From Malacoraja senta (Eukaryota): a stretch of 64,000 nucleotides of DNA. A model generated the notes under the pieces. It made no database searches and was not told the origin of the DNA. It worked only from the letters and a program-made list of their open reading frames with translations. Positions 40,595-52,941 of the stretch are shown piece by piece. The position numbers and the translations under genes are program-made. Position 1 is the first letter of the stretch, and each line of letters opens with the position of its first letter. Location: assembly GCA_038087875.1 (NCBI GenBank), contig CM075978.1, positions 139,376,001-139,440,000 on the forward strand, given 5' to 3'.

Positions 40595-40910
40595 GCTTTG
40601 AGAGGCCTAGAGTGGATGTGGAAAGAATGTTCCCAGTCTAGGACCAGGGGGCACAGTCTCAGAATACCTATCGAATGGAGATGAGGATGAATTTCTTTAG
40701 TCAGAGGGTGGTGAATCTGGAATTAATTGCCACAGATGGCTGTGGATGCCAAGTCATTGGGTATTTTTGAAGCAGAGATTAATAAGGGCATCAAAGGTAT
40801 AGGGAGAAGGCAGGAGAATGGGATTGAGAGGGAAAAATAGACAAGCCAGGATCGAATGGCTGAGCAGACTTGATGGGCCAAATGGCCTAATTCTGCTCCT
40901 ATGTCTTATA
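40595..40910 (+). mobile_element. CR1-like LINE 3' fragment
   Basis: SRTRGHSLRI and FFSQRVVNL motifs; tail aattctgctcctatgtctta. Confidence 0.8.
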
Positions 40911-41634
40911 AAGAACTCATTGAAATAAATAAATAAAGGCAAATGAATAAGTAAATAAATAACAAAGCAAAAAGATGACAAAATATGAAATTTCAAAAGC
41001 ATCTTTGGACAATGGAGAGCAGTAAAACAGCTGTTGGGTGAAAGACAGGATAATAAACCTGGTGAAAGCTTATTGTTTATGAAGTATTTTAAATCATTGA
41101 TCTTTGGCCTTTTGTGTGTTTCTGATGATTTTCAAATGATTGAATCAAACTTTAATGTGTAGACACATCATTAGTTTGTGATTAGTTCCTCTGACTCATA
41201 CACAAAGCATCAGTTCACAATAACAAAAAGAGTTAGCTTTAGTCAGAAGAAAAAATATACAGGGATAATTGAGTAGTACATTTTTAGGTCAATTATTATA
41301 ACAGTTGAAAGCTTTATAAAGATTCTAAATATAAAATACCTTTATCACAGTTTGGCTGTTCAATACCTTTATCTTCCCATCATCTGTTTTCTATGGTAAT
41401 TTTTTTTAATTTGAGGTGAAATCGAGAGATCCTGTGAAATTGGCTCTTGTAATGTTTACCTTCCACGGCTAACTCATCCCTTCATAATGGTGCTTATTAT
41501 GCCTGCTATCGGTTGTCCAGTCATATTCACTTGCTTGAGCTTTAAAATATTTTGGCTTTAAATAAAAAAATACTTGGAATTTTACACAATTGCAGTTTAA
41601 CTAATTTTTGTTGCCGTATTTTCCGGTTTTACAG

Positions 41635-41828
41635 CTGGTCCATCAATCTCATCTGCTGTGTCATACACCAAACGACCTCAAGCAAACAGCGTAGAAAGTG
41701 ACCAGAAGGAAGAGTGGGACAAAGACATTGCTCGCAAATTAAGTAGCACCACTGTAGGTTCCAAGGGGGATGTCCCTGCCAGCCCACTTTCAGGTCTAGA
41801 AAGGAAGAAATCCTCAACCGGGCCCAAT
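41635..41828 (+). CDS. MARK1: MARK1 exon 13 (A)GPSISSAVSYTKRPQANSVESDQKEEWDKD...ERKKSSTGPN
   Basis: cag|CTGGTC...CCCAAT|gtaagc; 194 nt; overlaps ORF 41658..41849. Confidence 0.95.
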
Positions 41829-42352
41829 GTAAGCAGCAAATTCATTTGATTGAGTTGTTTGTTGCATTTCTTTATGTTCCAAGCAGCTTTGCCTTTCTAA
41901 TGCTGTTAATGAACAAATCGTGCACTGTTAATTAAAACAGATGTCTAGGTGTGAAATGAATGCAAAATTCCTCTTCCCCCCCTGTTCATTGTGTGTTTAT
42001 AATAGGGGTGTAGTCTATTGGGAGAAATCCTGGGACTTATATCATGTTCACTGCTTTCTACTCTCAATGTTATTGTCACATTATTTGAAATGCTGGCACT
42101 GATGTTCATACTTGATATTCAGTCAACAGGTAACAAACGTTAGCCTTCCCAGTTGCAGACCATTTACGATACAGTTCTGCAGAAAAGCTCATGTACAGAC
42201 TGAAAGTAATGTGCTATACATGGGAAGTTTTCGTCTGGTAATCTTCTGGTCAATAGGGCAGAGTGAGAATGGGATCAATACAGGTCACCCAGAATGAAAG
42301 GTTAATGAAAGTTCCAGGTATAAGTTTAATATTAGCTAAAACGTAACTAACA

Positions 42353-43999
42353 CAGTGCCTTCCATAATGTTTGGGACAAAGACCCATCATTTATTTATTT
42401 GCCTCTGTACTCCACAATTTGAAATTTGTAATAGAAAAAAATCACATGTGGTTAAAGTGCACATTGTCAGATTTTAATAAAGGCCATTTTTATACTTTTT
42501 GGTTTCACCATGTAGAAATTGCAGCAGTTTTTATACATAGCCCCCTCCCCATTTCAGGGCACCATAATGATTGGGATGCAGCAATCTCATGTAAATGAAA
42601 GTAGTCGTGTTTAATATTTTGTTGCATATACTTTGCGTGCAATGACTGCTTGAAGTCTGTGATTCATGGGCATCACCAGTTGCTGGGTGTCGTCTCTGGT
42701 GATGCTCTGCCAGGCCTGTATTGCAGCCATCTTTAGTTTATGTTTGTTTTGGGGGCTAGTCCCCTTCAGTTTTCTCTTCAGCATATAAAAGACATGCTCA
42801 ATTGGGTTCAGATTGGGTGATTGACTTGGCCACTCAAGAATTACCATTTTTTAGCTTTGAAAAACTCCTTTGTTGCTTTAGCAGTATGTTTGGGATCATT
42901 GTCTTGCTGTAGAATAAACCGCCGGCCAATGAGTTTTGAGGCATTTGTTTGAAATTGAGCAGATAGGATGTGTCTATACACTTCAGAATTCATTATGCTA
43001 CTACCATCAGCAGTTGTATCATCAATGAAGATAAGTCAGCCTGTACCTTCAGCAGCCATATATGCCCAGGCCATATCACCCCCACTACCATTTTTCACAG
43101 ATGAGGTGGTATGCTTTGGATCTTTGGCAGTTCCTTCACTCCTCCATACTTTGCTCTTGCCATCACTCTGATATAAGTTAATCTTCATCTCATCTGTCCA
43201 CAAGACCTTTTTCCAGAACTGTGGTTGCTCTTTTAAGTACTTCTTGGCAAACTGTAACCTGACCATCCTATTTTTGCGACTAACCAGTGGTTTGCATCTT
43301 GCAGTGTAGCCTCCATATTTCTGTTCATTAAGTCTTCAGCGGACAGTAGTCATTGACAAATCCACACCTGACTCCTGAAGAGTATTTCTGATCTGTCGGA
43401 CAGGTTTGGGAATTTTTCTTTATTATAGAGAGAATTCTTCTGTCATCAGCTGTGGAGGTCTTCCTTGGCCTACCAGTCCCTTTGTGATAAGTAAGCTCAC
43501 CTGTGCTCTCTTTCTTCTTAATGATGTTCCAAACAGTTGATTTTGGTAAGCCTAATGTTTGGCTGATGTCTCTATAACAGTTTTATTCTTGTTTCTCAGT
43601 CTCATAATGGCTTCTTTGACTTTCATTGGCACAACTTTGGTCCTCATGTTGATAAACAGCAATAAAAGTTTCCAAAGGTGATGAAAAGACTGGTGGAAAG
43701 ACTGAGAGCTCTTTTGTACCTGCATTAAGGAGGCATTTAAACACACCTGAGAAATTACAAACGTCTGTGAAGCCATGTGTCCCAAACATTATGGTGTCCT
43801 GAAATGGGGGGACTATGTATAAACACAGCTGTAATTTCTACATGGTGAAACCAAAATGTATAAAAATGGCCTTTAATAAAATCTGACAGTGTGCAATTTA
43901 ACCACATGTGATTTTTTCTATTACCTATCTCAAATTGTGGAGTACAGAGGCAAATAAATAAATGATGGGTCTTTGTCCCAAACATTATGGAATGCTCTG
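42353..43999 (-). mobile_element. Full-length decayed Tc1-family DNA transposon with long IR/DR-type TIRs
   Basis: ~225-bp TIRs starting cagtgccttccataatgtttgggac, each with an inner repeat of cataatg(t/a)ttggga; TA on the right flank, CA on the left. Confidence 0.95.
42611..43647 (-). pseudogene. Tc1 DDE transposase pseudogene
   Basis: MRTKVVPMKVKEAI start, VLWTDE, QQDNDPKHT and WPSQSPNLNPIEH motifs in different frames. Confidence 0.92.
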
Positions 44000-44335
44000 T
44001 AAGTGGATTTTACTTGGAATTGATGTGGTACCAAAGTGAAAGAGTCCTCAAATGAGCCTTTTTTGACAAAAATACAATTTTACTTATGTAAAGTAATAAA
44101 TAAAACCAATCGTCAAGCATATTTAGTAGCTAGAACAAAATTATAAAACTTGACTGTTAGTATAATAGTTGTATTGATTATTTATTTCTAAGCTCTTTTA
44201 TTATGTACAATATCTGGAAAATTATGGAAATGGTGACATTTCTGTTACATTTAAAATTGCAAAAATCGGAATCTAAATTTCTGAATATTTTTGTGAAACT
44301 GTACCTATCTGATAATACTTCATTTCTTATGTCAG

Positions 44336-44433
44336 AACAACATGGTTCCGGGTATGACGAGAAGAAACACTTATGTGTGTGAACGATCCACTGGAGATCG
44401 ATATTCTGCTGTGCAGAATGGAAAAGACAGCAG
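44336..44433 (+). CDS. MARK1: MARK1 exon 14 NNMVPGMTRRNTYVCERSTGDRYSAVQNGKDS
   Basis: cag|AACAAC...GACAGCAG|gtgaga; 98 nt; RRNTY motif. Confidence 0.95.
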
Positions 44434-45249
44434 GTGAGAATCCATAACAAAACAATATTGTCAGATCTCGGTGATTTTCTCAAAATTAAAGCAAGTAAGG
44501 AGCTATAAAGAGCTAATGAAAATCATAACGAGTGTAGCAGTTATGCATTAATCAAAAATAAATTAGCGCAAAATGTGTACTTTGGGAAACAAAAGCAGAT
44601 ATTCAACTGAACGAGGCCATTATTGGAATGTACATGGTAAGTAACATATTACATTTGAAGAAGATCTTGTAAGGAATAATGTTGATGAGATAAAAATTGT
44701 TTTGAGTCTTCTTATGTTGGCAATAGGTGATTAAGATTCAAGAGCAACATTTTTCCATACACAAATGAAAGTGTTATGATTAAATACCACCAATATTTGT
44801 TCCATAAAACTGATTTAATTCTCATATTTACTTATTTATTTTGCTTTTTATTTGTTTGCTAAATGTTTAAATGATGCCTGTGTTTGTTCATTGGAGGAAA
44901 TAATTTGGTGCTAATATTATTATAATTTTAACACTTCCCATCTTTGACAGCATATGAGAATGTGTTTGGGCAATGCTATAAAATTAGAATGAGATTCAAA
45001 TCCATATTAATCATCACAAAATGGAGCAGAAGATAAACTTGGACATTCATAATGGCATAGTGCAATGCAAAATGCACGATTCAGTGTTATATTGAGACAA
45101 TATTGAGATATTTGTTTAGCTCTCGTCTTTTAATGCAAAATAAATTAGCATTCTGCACAGCTAACATGAATGTAACTATTAGGAAATTATGCGCACTGAT
45201 GTGCTGAGAAGAGATAGACTAGATGAGATGCCATCAGAAAAGAAAGGTT

Positions 45250-46120
45250 GCAGTTGAAAACATGAATGATAATTAATTGGGGACAGTCAGCACATTAATA
45301 ATATTGAGAACTCCATTTTTTTTCAAATAAAATAATAACTTTGTGCATAAAAGAAAGAGAATTGATGTTCTGTTTGCAGATTTTCTTTGGGCATTTGATG
45401 GCACATGGCTGATAAAGTTAAGATCCTAGTTTTAAAGTAAATTACCTCATGGTAAAGATTTTGCATAAAAGAGAGCAAATGCATGCAGTTGAATGAATGT
45501 GTGTCGAATTATCTGAATGTAAATAGCAGTTCCCATGGCAATCTATTATTGCCAGGGATCTTCTATTATAAATAGGCTCAGTTTCAAAAGTTGCAATAAA
45601 GGGATAACTTGGCAGGGTAGTAGTTTGGTCAGATAACTGTCAGATGAGGACTGTGTTTGCATGAGAGAGGGTGCAGAGGCGATTGATTAGGATCTTGCCA
45701 GAGATGAAAGATTTCAGTTTTGTGGGGGAAGTAGATGGGCTATTTATTTTCCTTGGAATGGAAGAGACTGACAGAGATGTATGTAAGGAACAAAGACAGG
45801 GTAGATGGTAGTCAACATGTCCCCACAATAGACTGGTCTAATATTAGAGGACATGCGTTCCGATAAGAGTCTTAGAGGGAATCTGAGGAAGAAATCTGTC
45901 ACCCTGTGGATAGATGGAATTTGGAATGCCCAACCTTAATAGATGGTAGAGGTCGATGGTCTCTCAACATTTAAAAAGTACCAAAATAAGCATTAGGTTC
46001 TGTGAAACATAGAAGGCAACAGAACAAATGTGGGTAAATTGGATTAGTTTAAAACTTTGATGGTCAACATGGACTTGATATGCCAAAGCACCTGATTCAC
46101 TGTTGCATGGCTCTATGAAA
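45250..46120 (+). mobile_element. Old CR1-like LINE fragments
   Basis: Degenerate RVQRRLIRILP, RGHAF and IWNA motifs. Confidence 0.55.
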
Positions 46121-46649
46121 ATTAACCAGAGAATTATAAAATGTATCGTATGTAGAGAAAATATTTTTTGCATTAAATTTTAACATTTTGCAAGATGCAG
46201 ATAAATGGAGGTTACGTAAACGCAACCATTTAGAATTGGCCTTAGTTTCCATACAACATGACCCTTTACAGTGCCTTTTAGTTTAATGTAGATAATGGTT
46301 AGAAACATAGTTAACAAGAGTTTTTTAAAGCACCAAATGTGTAATTGGCCCATTTAAAATACAGGTATAAGAAAAATGTCTTTCTAGAAATGAGAGAAAA
46401 TTAAAATGTGTTACATCATGTTTCAGTGCCCACATTTTGCTAGAATATATAGTTTATGCTGTAGGTTAATAAACAAATCAATCTTGGTCCACCTACTCTT
46501 ATCCTTGTGTAGGGCTTTTGTTGGGACCATGAGTAGTATGTACTCATGTAGTATGTACGAGGACCACAAAGTATGTTTTTTTTATTTCTTGACCCGGGTA
46601 TTTTCTGTTACATTTTGGCCTCTATCTGTCTTTTGCCTAAACCCATAAG

Positions 46650-46826
46650 CCTAATTGAAATGTCTGCTTGTGCAAGCAGTACTTCCACATCTATCGCAAG
46701 TCCTGCAGGATCTTCTGGGCTACCTTCAGCACGGCCTCGACACCAGAAATCCATGTCAGCTTCTGGTCATCCAATTAAGGTCACTTTGCCTTCCATAGAA
46801 GATGGGAGTGAAGGTTATCGGCCCAG
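46650..46826 (+). CDS. MARK1: MARK1 exon 15 (S)LIEMSACASS...SARPRHQKSMSASGHPIKVTLPSIEDGSEGYRP
   Basis: aag|CCTAATT...CGGCCCAG|gtaaat; 177 nt, phase 2-2; uncommon AAG acceptor; overlaps ORF 46573..46830. Confidence 0.9.
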
Positions 46827-46889
46827 GTAAATATTTACAAGATTCCAAACATAGAACATTCCAGCAAAATGAGAAACTAACTTAAGAAA

Positions 46890-47138
46890 GGGTGGCACGG
46901 TGTTGCAGCGGTAGAGCTGCTGCCGTACAGCGCCAGAGACTCGGGTTCGATCCCTGGGTGCTCCGGTTTCCTCCCACACTCCAATGATGTTCAGGTTTGT
47001 AGACTAATTGGCTTGGTATAATTTTAAAATTGTCCTTCGTGTGTGTGGGGTAGTGTTAGTGTGTGGAGATCGCTGTTCGGCACGGACTCAGTGGGCCAAA
47101 GGCCTAGTTTCGATGCTGCGTCTCTAAACTAAACTAAA
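46890..47138 (+). mobile_element. HE1/V-SINE-like SINE with internal deletion, 64 nt downstream of exon 15
   Basis: tRNA head ggcacggtgttgcagcggtagag...ggttcgatcc; (ctaaa)n tail. Confidence 0.85.
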
Positions 47139-47845
47139 TGTGAGCACTTTGGCATTGTGGATTTTTTAAAATCATCTGCTCTCATATTTTCTTCTTTGAG
47201 ATTTATAGCTTGCACCGTTTTTTCCAATTGAAGTTGCAAATGGAGTTAAAAATACAGGGAAAAGCTCTTCCATTGTAGTATAGTTAAAAATAGAATTCAA
47301 ATTCATGCCCATATGCTGACTACCTTTGAGATTGGAAAACATTTTTATTCAGCAAATAATGTTTTTTAAAGTTAATAATTTAATATGGTTTCTCCTTAGT
47401 TGTGGCTTCATTCTGGCACCACCATATAACTAAATTATTGATATCCCTTTTCTCACTGTATATAACAGAACAAGTCAAAGAGGAAATCAAAACAGATTTC
47501 CTAGAAATATTTATATTCTTTGGAGAGAAAAAGAGGAGTTAATATTTCAAGTTCATGATATTTCAACGTAGCAAAATACTTGTACACAGATATTACTAAT
47601 TGTGAATAAGCAGTGAAGAAAAATAACAAAGACAAGTATTTAGTTCTTGTATTTGTTTCCCACATGGTATTAATGTAAATGAGGCTTTGCTTTACTTGCA
47701 TGGACTTTAAATGTTGAATAAAAATAGTAAATTTAACAAGAATTCTTTATGGACCAGTTAACAGCCCATCACACTTCATTGTAAAACGTATCTTTTTGAA
47801 CAAATTTAAACCACATTTTTACATTGTTTTTAAGGCTTTACAAAG

Positions 47846-48012
47846 GTCAGCACGGTGGTTGTAGGTTAATTGGCTTCAGTAAAAATATACATTGACCCTA
47901 GTGTATAGGATAGTGTACGGGGGGGGGGGGGGGGGGGGGGGAATCACTGGTCGGCATGGACTTGGTGGGCCGAAGAGCCTGTTTCCGTGCTGCATCTCTA
48001 AACTGAACTAAA
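47846..48012 (+). mobile_element. HE1-like SINE, largely deleted, with an expanded poly-G run
   Basis: Head cagcacggtgg fused to ttgtaggttaattggc; tail gggccgaagagcctgtttcc. Confidence 0.75.
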
Positions 48013-48146
48013 CAGCATAACAAATGCAGAGAAAGTATGTTGAACAATGGAACATTGTTCATCAAACCGTGTTTGTCAAATAATGACAATAATTAGGATC
48101 ACACAATAGATTACAACTACTCGTATGTTCTTATTTCCTAACTCAG

Positions 48147-48407
48147 CTCTGGAGCCCAAAGGGTACCTGCTGCTTCCCCGTCTGCACATAGTATTAGCAC
48201 TACAACTCCCGATCGAACCCGCTTCCCTCGAGGTAGCTCTAGCCGAAGCACTTTTCACGGTGGCCAGTTACGGGAACGGCACACTGCAACGTACAATGGA
48301 CCGCCAGCTTCACCAACACTGTCACATGACACTGGTGCCCTGTCTCAAGCTCGAAGAGGAACTTCAACCGGTATAATAAGCAAGATCACATCCAAATTTG
48401 CCCGCAG
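48147..48407 (+). CDS. MARK1: MARK1 exon 16 [17 protein letters not shown]...[17 protein letters not shown]...[12 protein letters not shown]
   Basis: cag|CTCTGGA...GCCCGCAG|gtaggt; 261 nt; contains the RSTFH aPKC-site motif conserved in PAR-1/MARK. Confidence 0.96.
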
Positions 48408-49831
48408 GTAGGTTGTCAATTGTTTCAACATGTTAATAGTCCTTTTATGTTTAAGATATAGGAAACAAAAAATTATAATAACCCCTCAAGCACAACCCAC
48501 TCCTATCTAATTTGGAGGAAGGTACCACTTTCTGGCAGCAGACTTACTATTTTGGTTCTGAACTAAAAACAGAGGTTGAGAAGCTCCTTTGGGTTTAACT
48601 CAAGATAACATCTGTTCATCTGAAATCTGCTCACAGGTAAGTAAGGTGAGTGCAGAATTAATACTTGGTTTCTGGTTATATTAGAACATTTGTTTGATGC
48701 ATAAAAAAACATGCATGTAAAGATATTTGATTTTTTTTAAATCTAGCCTTGGTTCAATTTGTTTTCTTTTAATTGCTCATCCTGTCAGCATCTAATTCAC
48801 CAGTAGAAGATCCATCATCTCATCAGTTCCTTCAGGTCATTCTAGAATTTTCTAAGCTTTTAATCAGCGAGTCCCCAACTTTTCAAATCCATTTTTATAA
48901 CAGTAGTTTGTCATCCTTCATCTTACCCCAGTTATCTTTGGCAATACTTTATCCAGAGATATAGATTCATGCAATAAGTGTATAGAGCACATATCAAACC
49001 GCCAATTATTTCTAATAGAGGCGTGTGTACATTCAACTGGCATTTATTGTGAATGTAGCCAAACATTTGGATACTGTGTAGTGATGTGAAGACTTTTCTT
49101 TACTGTGTAAATATTTTGTCCACCTAATCTTCATCGTTTCCTGTGATAGAAACAAAAAAAAAGAGAATAGGTATTTGGCTTTAATGTTTGGAATAGGTTG
49201 TACTTCCATGTGTACTTCTATGAAACTTTTTAAATTGTTTTATTGCATTTGAGACATACTACAATTTCAAATGTGGACTTAGTCAAAGAAACTATTTCAA
49301 TGATTGTGTGTAGATTATTTTATAAAAATGAACATGACAGTTTTCTAATCTTCACTGACAATCACGCCATGTGTTTGAAACTGAAGACATGGATCTTCCA
49401 CCACCCTAGAACGTCCATTAGATGAATTGAAAACAATTAGTTTGCTTCAATATCCACCAGATGAATAATTCTGATAATGAACATAGTTTCACTTAGGCCA
49501 TTTTAAGAATATAGTGAAAAAAATGAGTATCGGATACATCCATTCATCAATGTAGCAGCTGAATATGTAGTAATATATCCAAAAAAAAAGAGTTCCAGGA
49601 ACTAACACCTGTTAGTATGAAACATGATCTGACATGTGCAATTGTTCCATATTAGCAGTAGTTCTTAAGAAAATAAGAATAGGAACAAGTTAAACTTAGC
49701 ACAGTTAAATTTTATTGGCAGAGTTGGACAAAGCAAAAGAGTCAAAGTTATTTCGGGTTAGTTCCCTCAACCAGCTGATCCCTCACAAAATAAATGCAGT
49801 CAAATGGGAAATCGGGGCACTTGCTGCTGCT

Positions 49832-49963
49832 AAAAAAAATAGACACAAAATGCTGGAGTAACACAGCGGGCGGGCCAAGCAGCATCTCTGGAGAAAATGG
49901 ATAGGTGGCGTCTCTCAGGTGAGAACCTTTCTTCAGAACTGCATCTGTAGTTCCTTTTCATTA
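49832..49963. mobile_element. Short rearranged Penelope-like terminus
   Basis: gacacaaaatgctggagtaac...; 14-bp TSD cacttg(c/t)tgctgct at 49818-49831 and 49964-49977. Confidence 0.75.
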
Positions 49964-52350
49964 CACTTGTTGCTGCTGTTGGATTCAAGCGATGGTTGAC
50001 AAAATAAGTGCCCAAACATTGGGGTACATTTGCCCTTTTAAATATTTTAATCACCAATTGAGTGTTTGGAGCCTGTACTTGTGCCAATTCCCTGTTGAAA
50101 TTGGGCCAGGTACTTTCTGTTATAATTCGCCATGATGAAGGTTTCTGTAGATTATGTGCACAATGACATTGGTTTTATTTAACTAACAATAGAAACTACA
50201 ATCAAAAAGTCATGGTTAATGGCCCTTGTAAGTAGATGTACACTATGCAGACCACAATGAACAATGTGTGAATTTAAATGATCAACCACCTCCAGCACAT
50301 TTTTAAAAATCATGTATAATTTTTTTTCAAAAATCAGTGCTAGGTGTCGTGCAGAAATGGAAGATTCTCTGAACTACTATCAGCAACCCCCTCTTATCCC
50401 CTATTTCCTCCTCTCCTTTCACCCTCATTTTCTCAGTTGCCACAGAGAGATCAGTTTAAAAGTACCAACCCACTTCCTTTGCATCGATGCATGGCAGCTG
50501 CGACTAGCTAGGAATCTGTGGAACTCCAGATCGGCTTTTAATATTATTGCCGGGGAGCATATCACAACAATGATCTCTTAAATCAAGAACTGCGATTTCC
50601 AATTTCATATGGGTGCAATATGTAACACTTTGCAGCCCTGAGATGCATTAGGTTCAATTTCTAGGCAGTGGACTGTGATAGTAAGATTAAACGAGCTTAT
50701 CAGTTTGAAGTTTGATCTTTATTTTATGAGGAGTTACGGTGAGCGATTACGTGAAGAAGCCCCGCCAGTCCGCATGCGTGTCATACTTCAAAGTAGCGGT
50801 GTGAAATCACAGATAACAGCAGTCGAAGTAACTTAGTAAGACTTAGAGAAGACTAGAACTACCAGATGATCTTTGCGATTGAGGGCCGGGAGCGGAGGGC
50901 ACGTAATCGCTCACCGTAACTCCTCATAAAATAAAGATCAAACTTCAAATTGGTAAGCTCGTTTAATCTTACTATTTTACTTCGGAGTCACGTGAGTGAT
51001 TCCGTGAAGATTTCAAAGCTCTGATTTCATGCCGTGAGAAACGAGTCTCCACAACCACGGCTGCTTCATTGACAGATGAGGGAAACATTCATAATGAATA
51101 AATAATAGTAACTCCTCTCATTCGGGAGTAACTAACCACTGAACCCAAGTAGAGTTGGCAAATTCCCCTGGTCTGGCCATAGGTTATTATGAATTTTTCA
51201 TAAGTTCGTTCGCCCATCCTGCAGTCGCCAGGATGTGGTCCAGCGGAACGTACATAACCCTTGCTGCTGATATTGTAGCAGCCCTGGTGGAGTGGGACTC
51301 GAAAATATATCAGTATCTACTCCTGTATGAGCCAAGCCCTGTTTCAATCACCTGGGGATGGTCCAACCCAATACCCTTTTAAAAGTTTTTTGTAATTATC
51401 AACATTGCTAGTTCCGAGCCTCTAAGCTCTTCGTGAACTTGACGTATTGTTATATATGTGTGACCTTAACCGAAGGTTCATGAGGTATGTCATGAAACTA
51501 CTTTGAGATTTCATGTCTACTCTGCTTAACCAAACATTAAAACGTAATATTATTTGCAGATGTAATCATCCTATCCAGTCACAATATGTAGTGACTGAAC
51601 CCGTTGGCTGACCAACGCCATGAGGATAATTACCTTATGAGAGCCGAGCCAACTAAGGATGTAGCTGGAGCCCCCTGGTGAAAATAGTGTTAATACCACA
51701 TCAATATCCCATACTGCCTTGTGCTTGTCGTGGGAGACCTTATGTGAACGATATCCTTTATAACTCGATATTAGAGGGTGAAACCCGCCAGAGTGGGTCC
51801 CTATTGCTGCAGTAAATAAGATGGGAAAGCACGTTGGGCACAGTTAATGGTCCTATAACTTAATTTTGTCAAAGACCCATTTGAAACGAACTCCAAGCTG
51901 TCAGTTATCTGTGCCGCATTAGATGTAACTTAAGTATTTAAACAACATTTCCCATTTCCTGAAGAGGAAATGTAATGCTTTCCTTCCTTGGTGCTATCCC
52001 TGCATTTGCAGCGAGCACATACATGAATTGGACTGACAATCCGAGTCGCAGGAACGGTCCACTCAGAATCTATGTGAATAATTGATTTATCATGCAGAGG
52101 CTGGTTTCCCGATCCACAGGCTAAACCAGCAAATTTTATGTTAAGAATATCCGTAAAAAGTTGTATTCTTATTCCCGACAAAGCGGGAAGCATAGCTGCA
52201 TAGGTCAGCCTCCTGAGTGTTGCCTACGATCAGAACATCATCCAAATATGCCATCACAATGTGATTCTGAGCCTGGAGTAGTCCCAATATTGGTGTCAAC
52301 AATTTTGTAAATAACCTAGGGCTGAGGTTAACCCATTAGGTAAAGCTTTA

Positions 52351-52941
52351 AGGCTCTGTCTCACGGTGTTGCGGTCATCGGCGGTGAAGCGCGGCAGCGC
52401 CGGTAGAGGGGACCGCACGGCAACGGCGAGAGCGCCGAGCCTATGCCGCGGGAGTGCTGCGTGGGGGCCGAGTGATTTAAGTACGGCTGGTCCCACGAGC
52501 TTGCGGTAAGTAAAAAAAAAGGGGCGGGCCGACTGCGATGACGTCATTTCGGATCTGCGGGGCTGTGGCAGCGGCAGTGCTGATCGCGGCGCTGTGGCGG
52601 CGGCCGTGCGGCACACGTGACTCACTAGCGGTGGCTGTGGCGGCGGTCGTGCCTCACTGGCGGAGGCTGTGGCGGTACAAGTTCGATGCACGGCGCTCGT
52701 GCCGCACTGGCGGCGGCTGTGGCGGTGACCGTGCCGCACTCGTGCCTCACTGGTGGCGGCTGTGCGGTAGGAACATATTTTTGAACAGTGTTGGTTTTAT
52801 TTTAGCACCGTGCGGTGTTGGGAACAACGCCGCACGGCCCCGGCGGCGGGCGTTTGACCGAGCCCGCGGTCTCTGGCGGCCCAGGAGCGGTAGATTGTTC
52901 CTGTTTTGCCGCCAATGACCGCAGACTCATGAGACAGGCCT
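52351..52941. mobile_element. MITE nested in the DIRS reverse transcriptase
   Basis: Imperfect TIRs aggctctgtctcacgg / tcatgagacaggcct; 4-bp TSD TTTA; removing it rejoins WQF-KALPNG. Confidence 0.88.
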
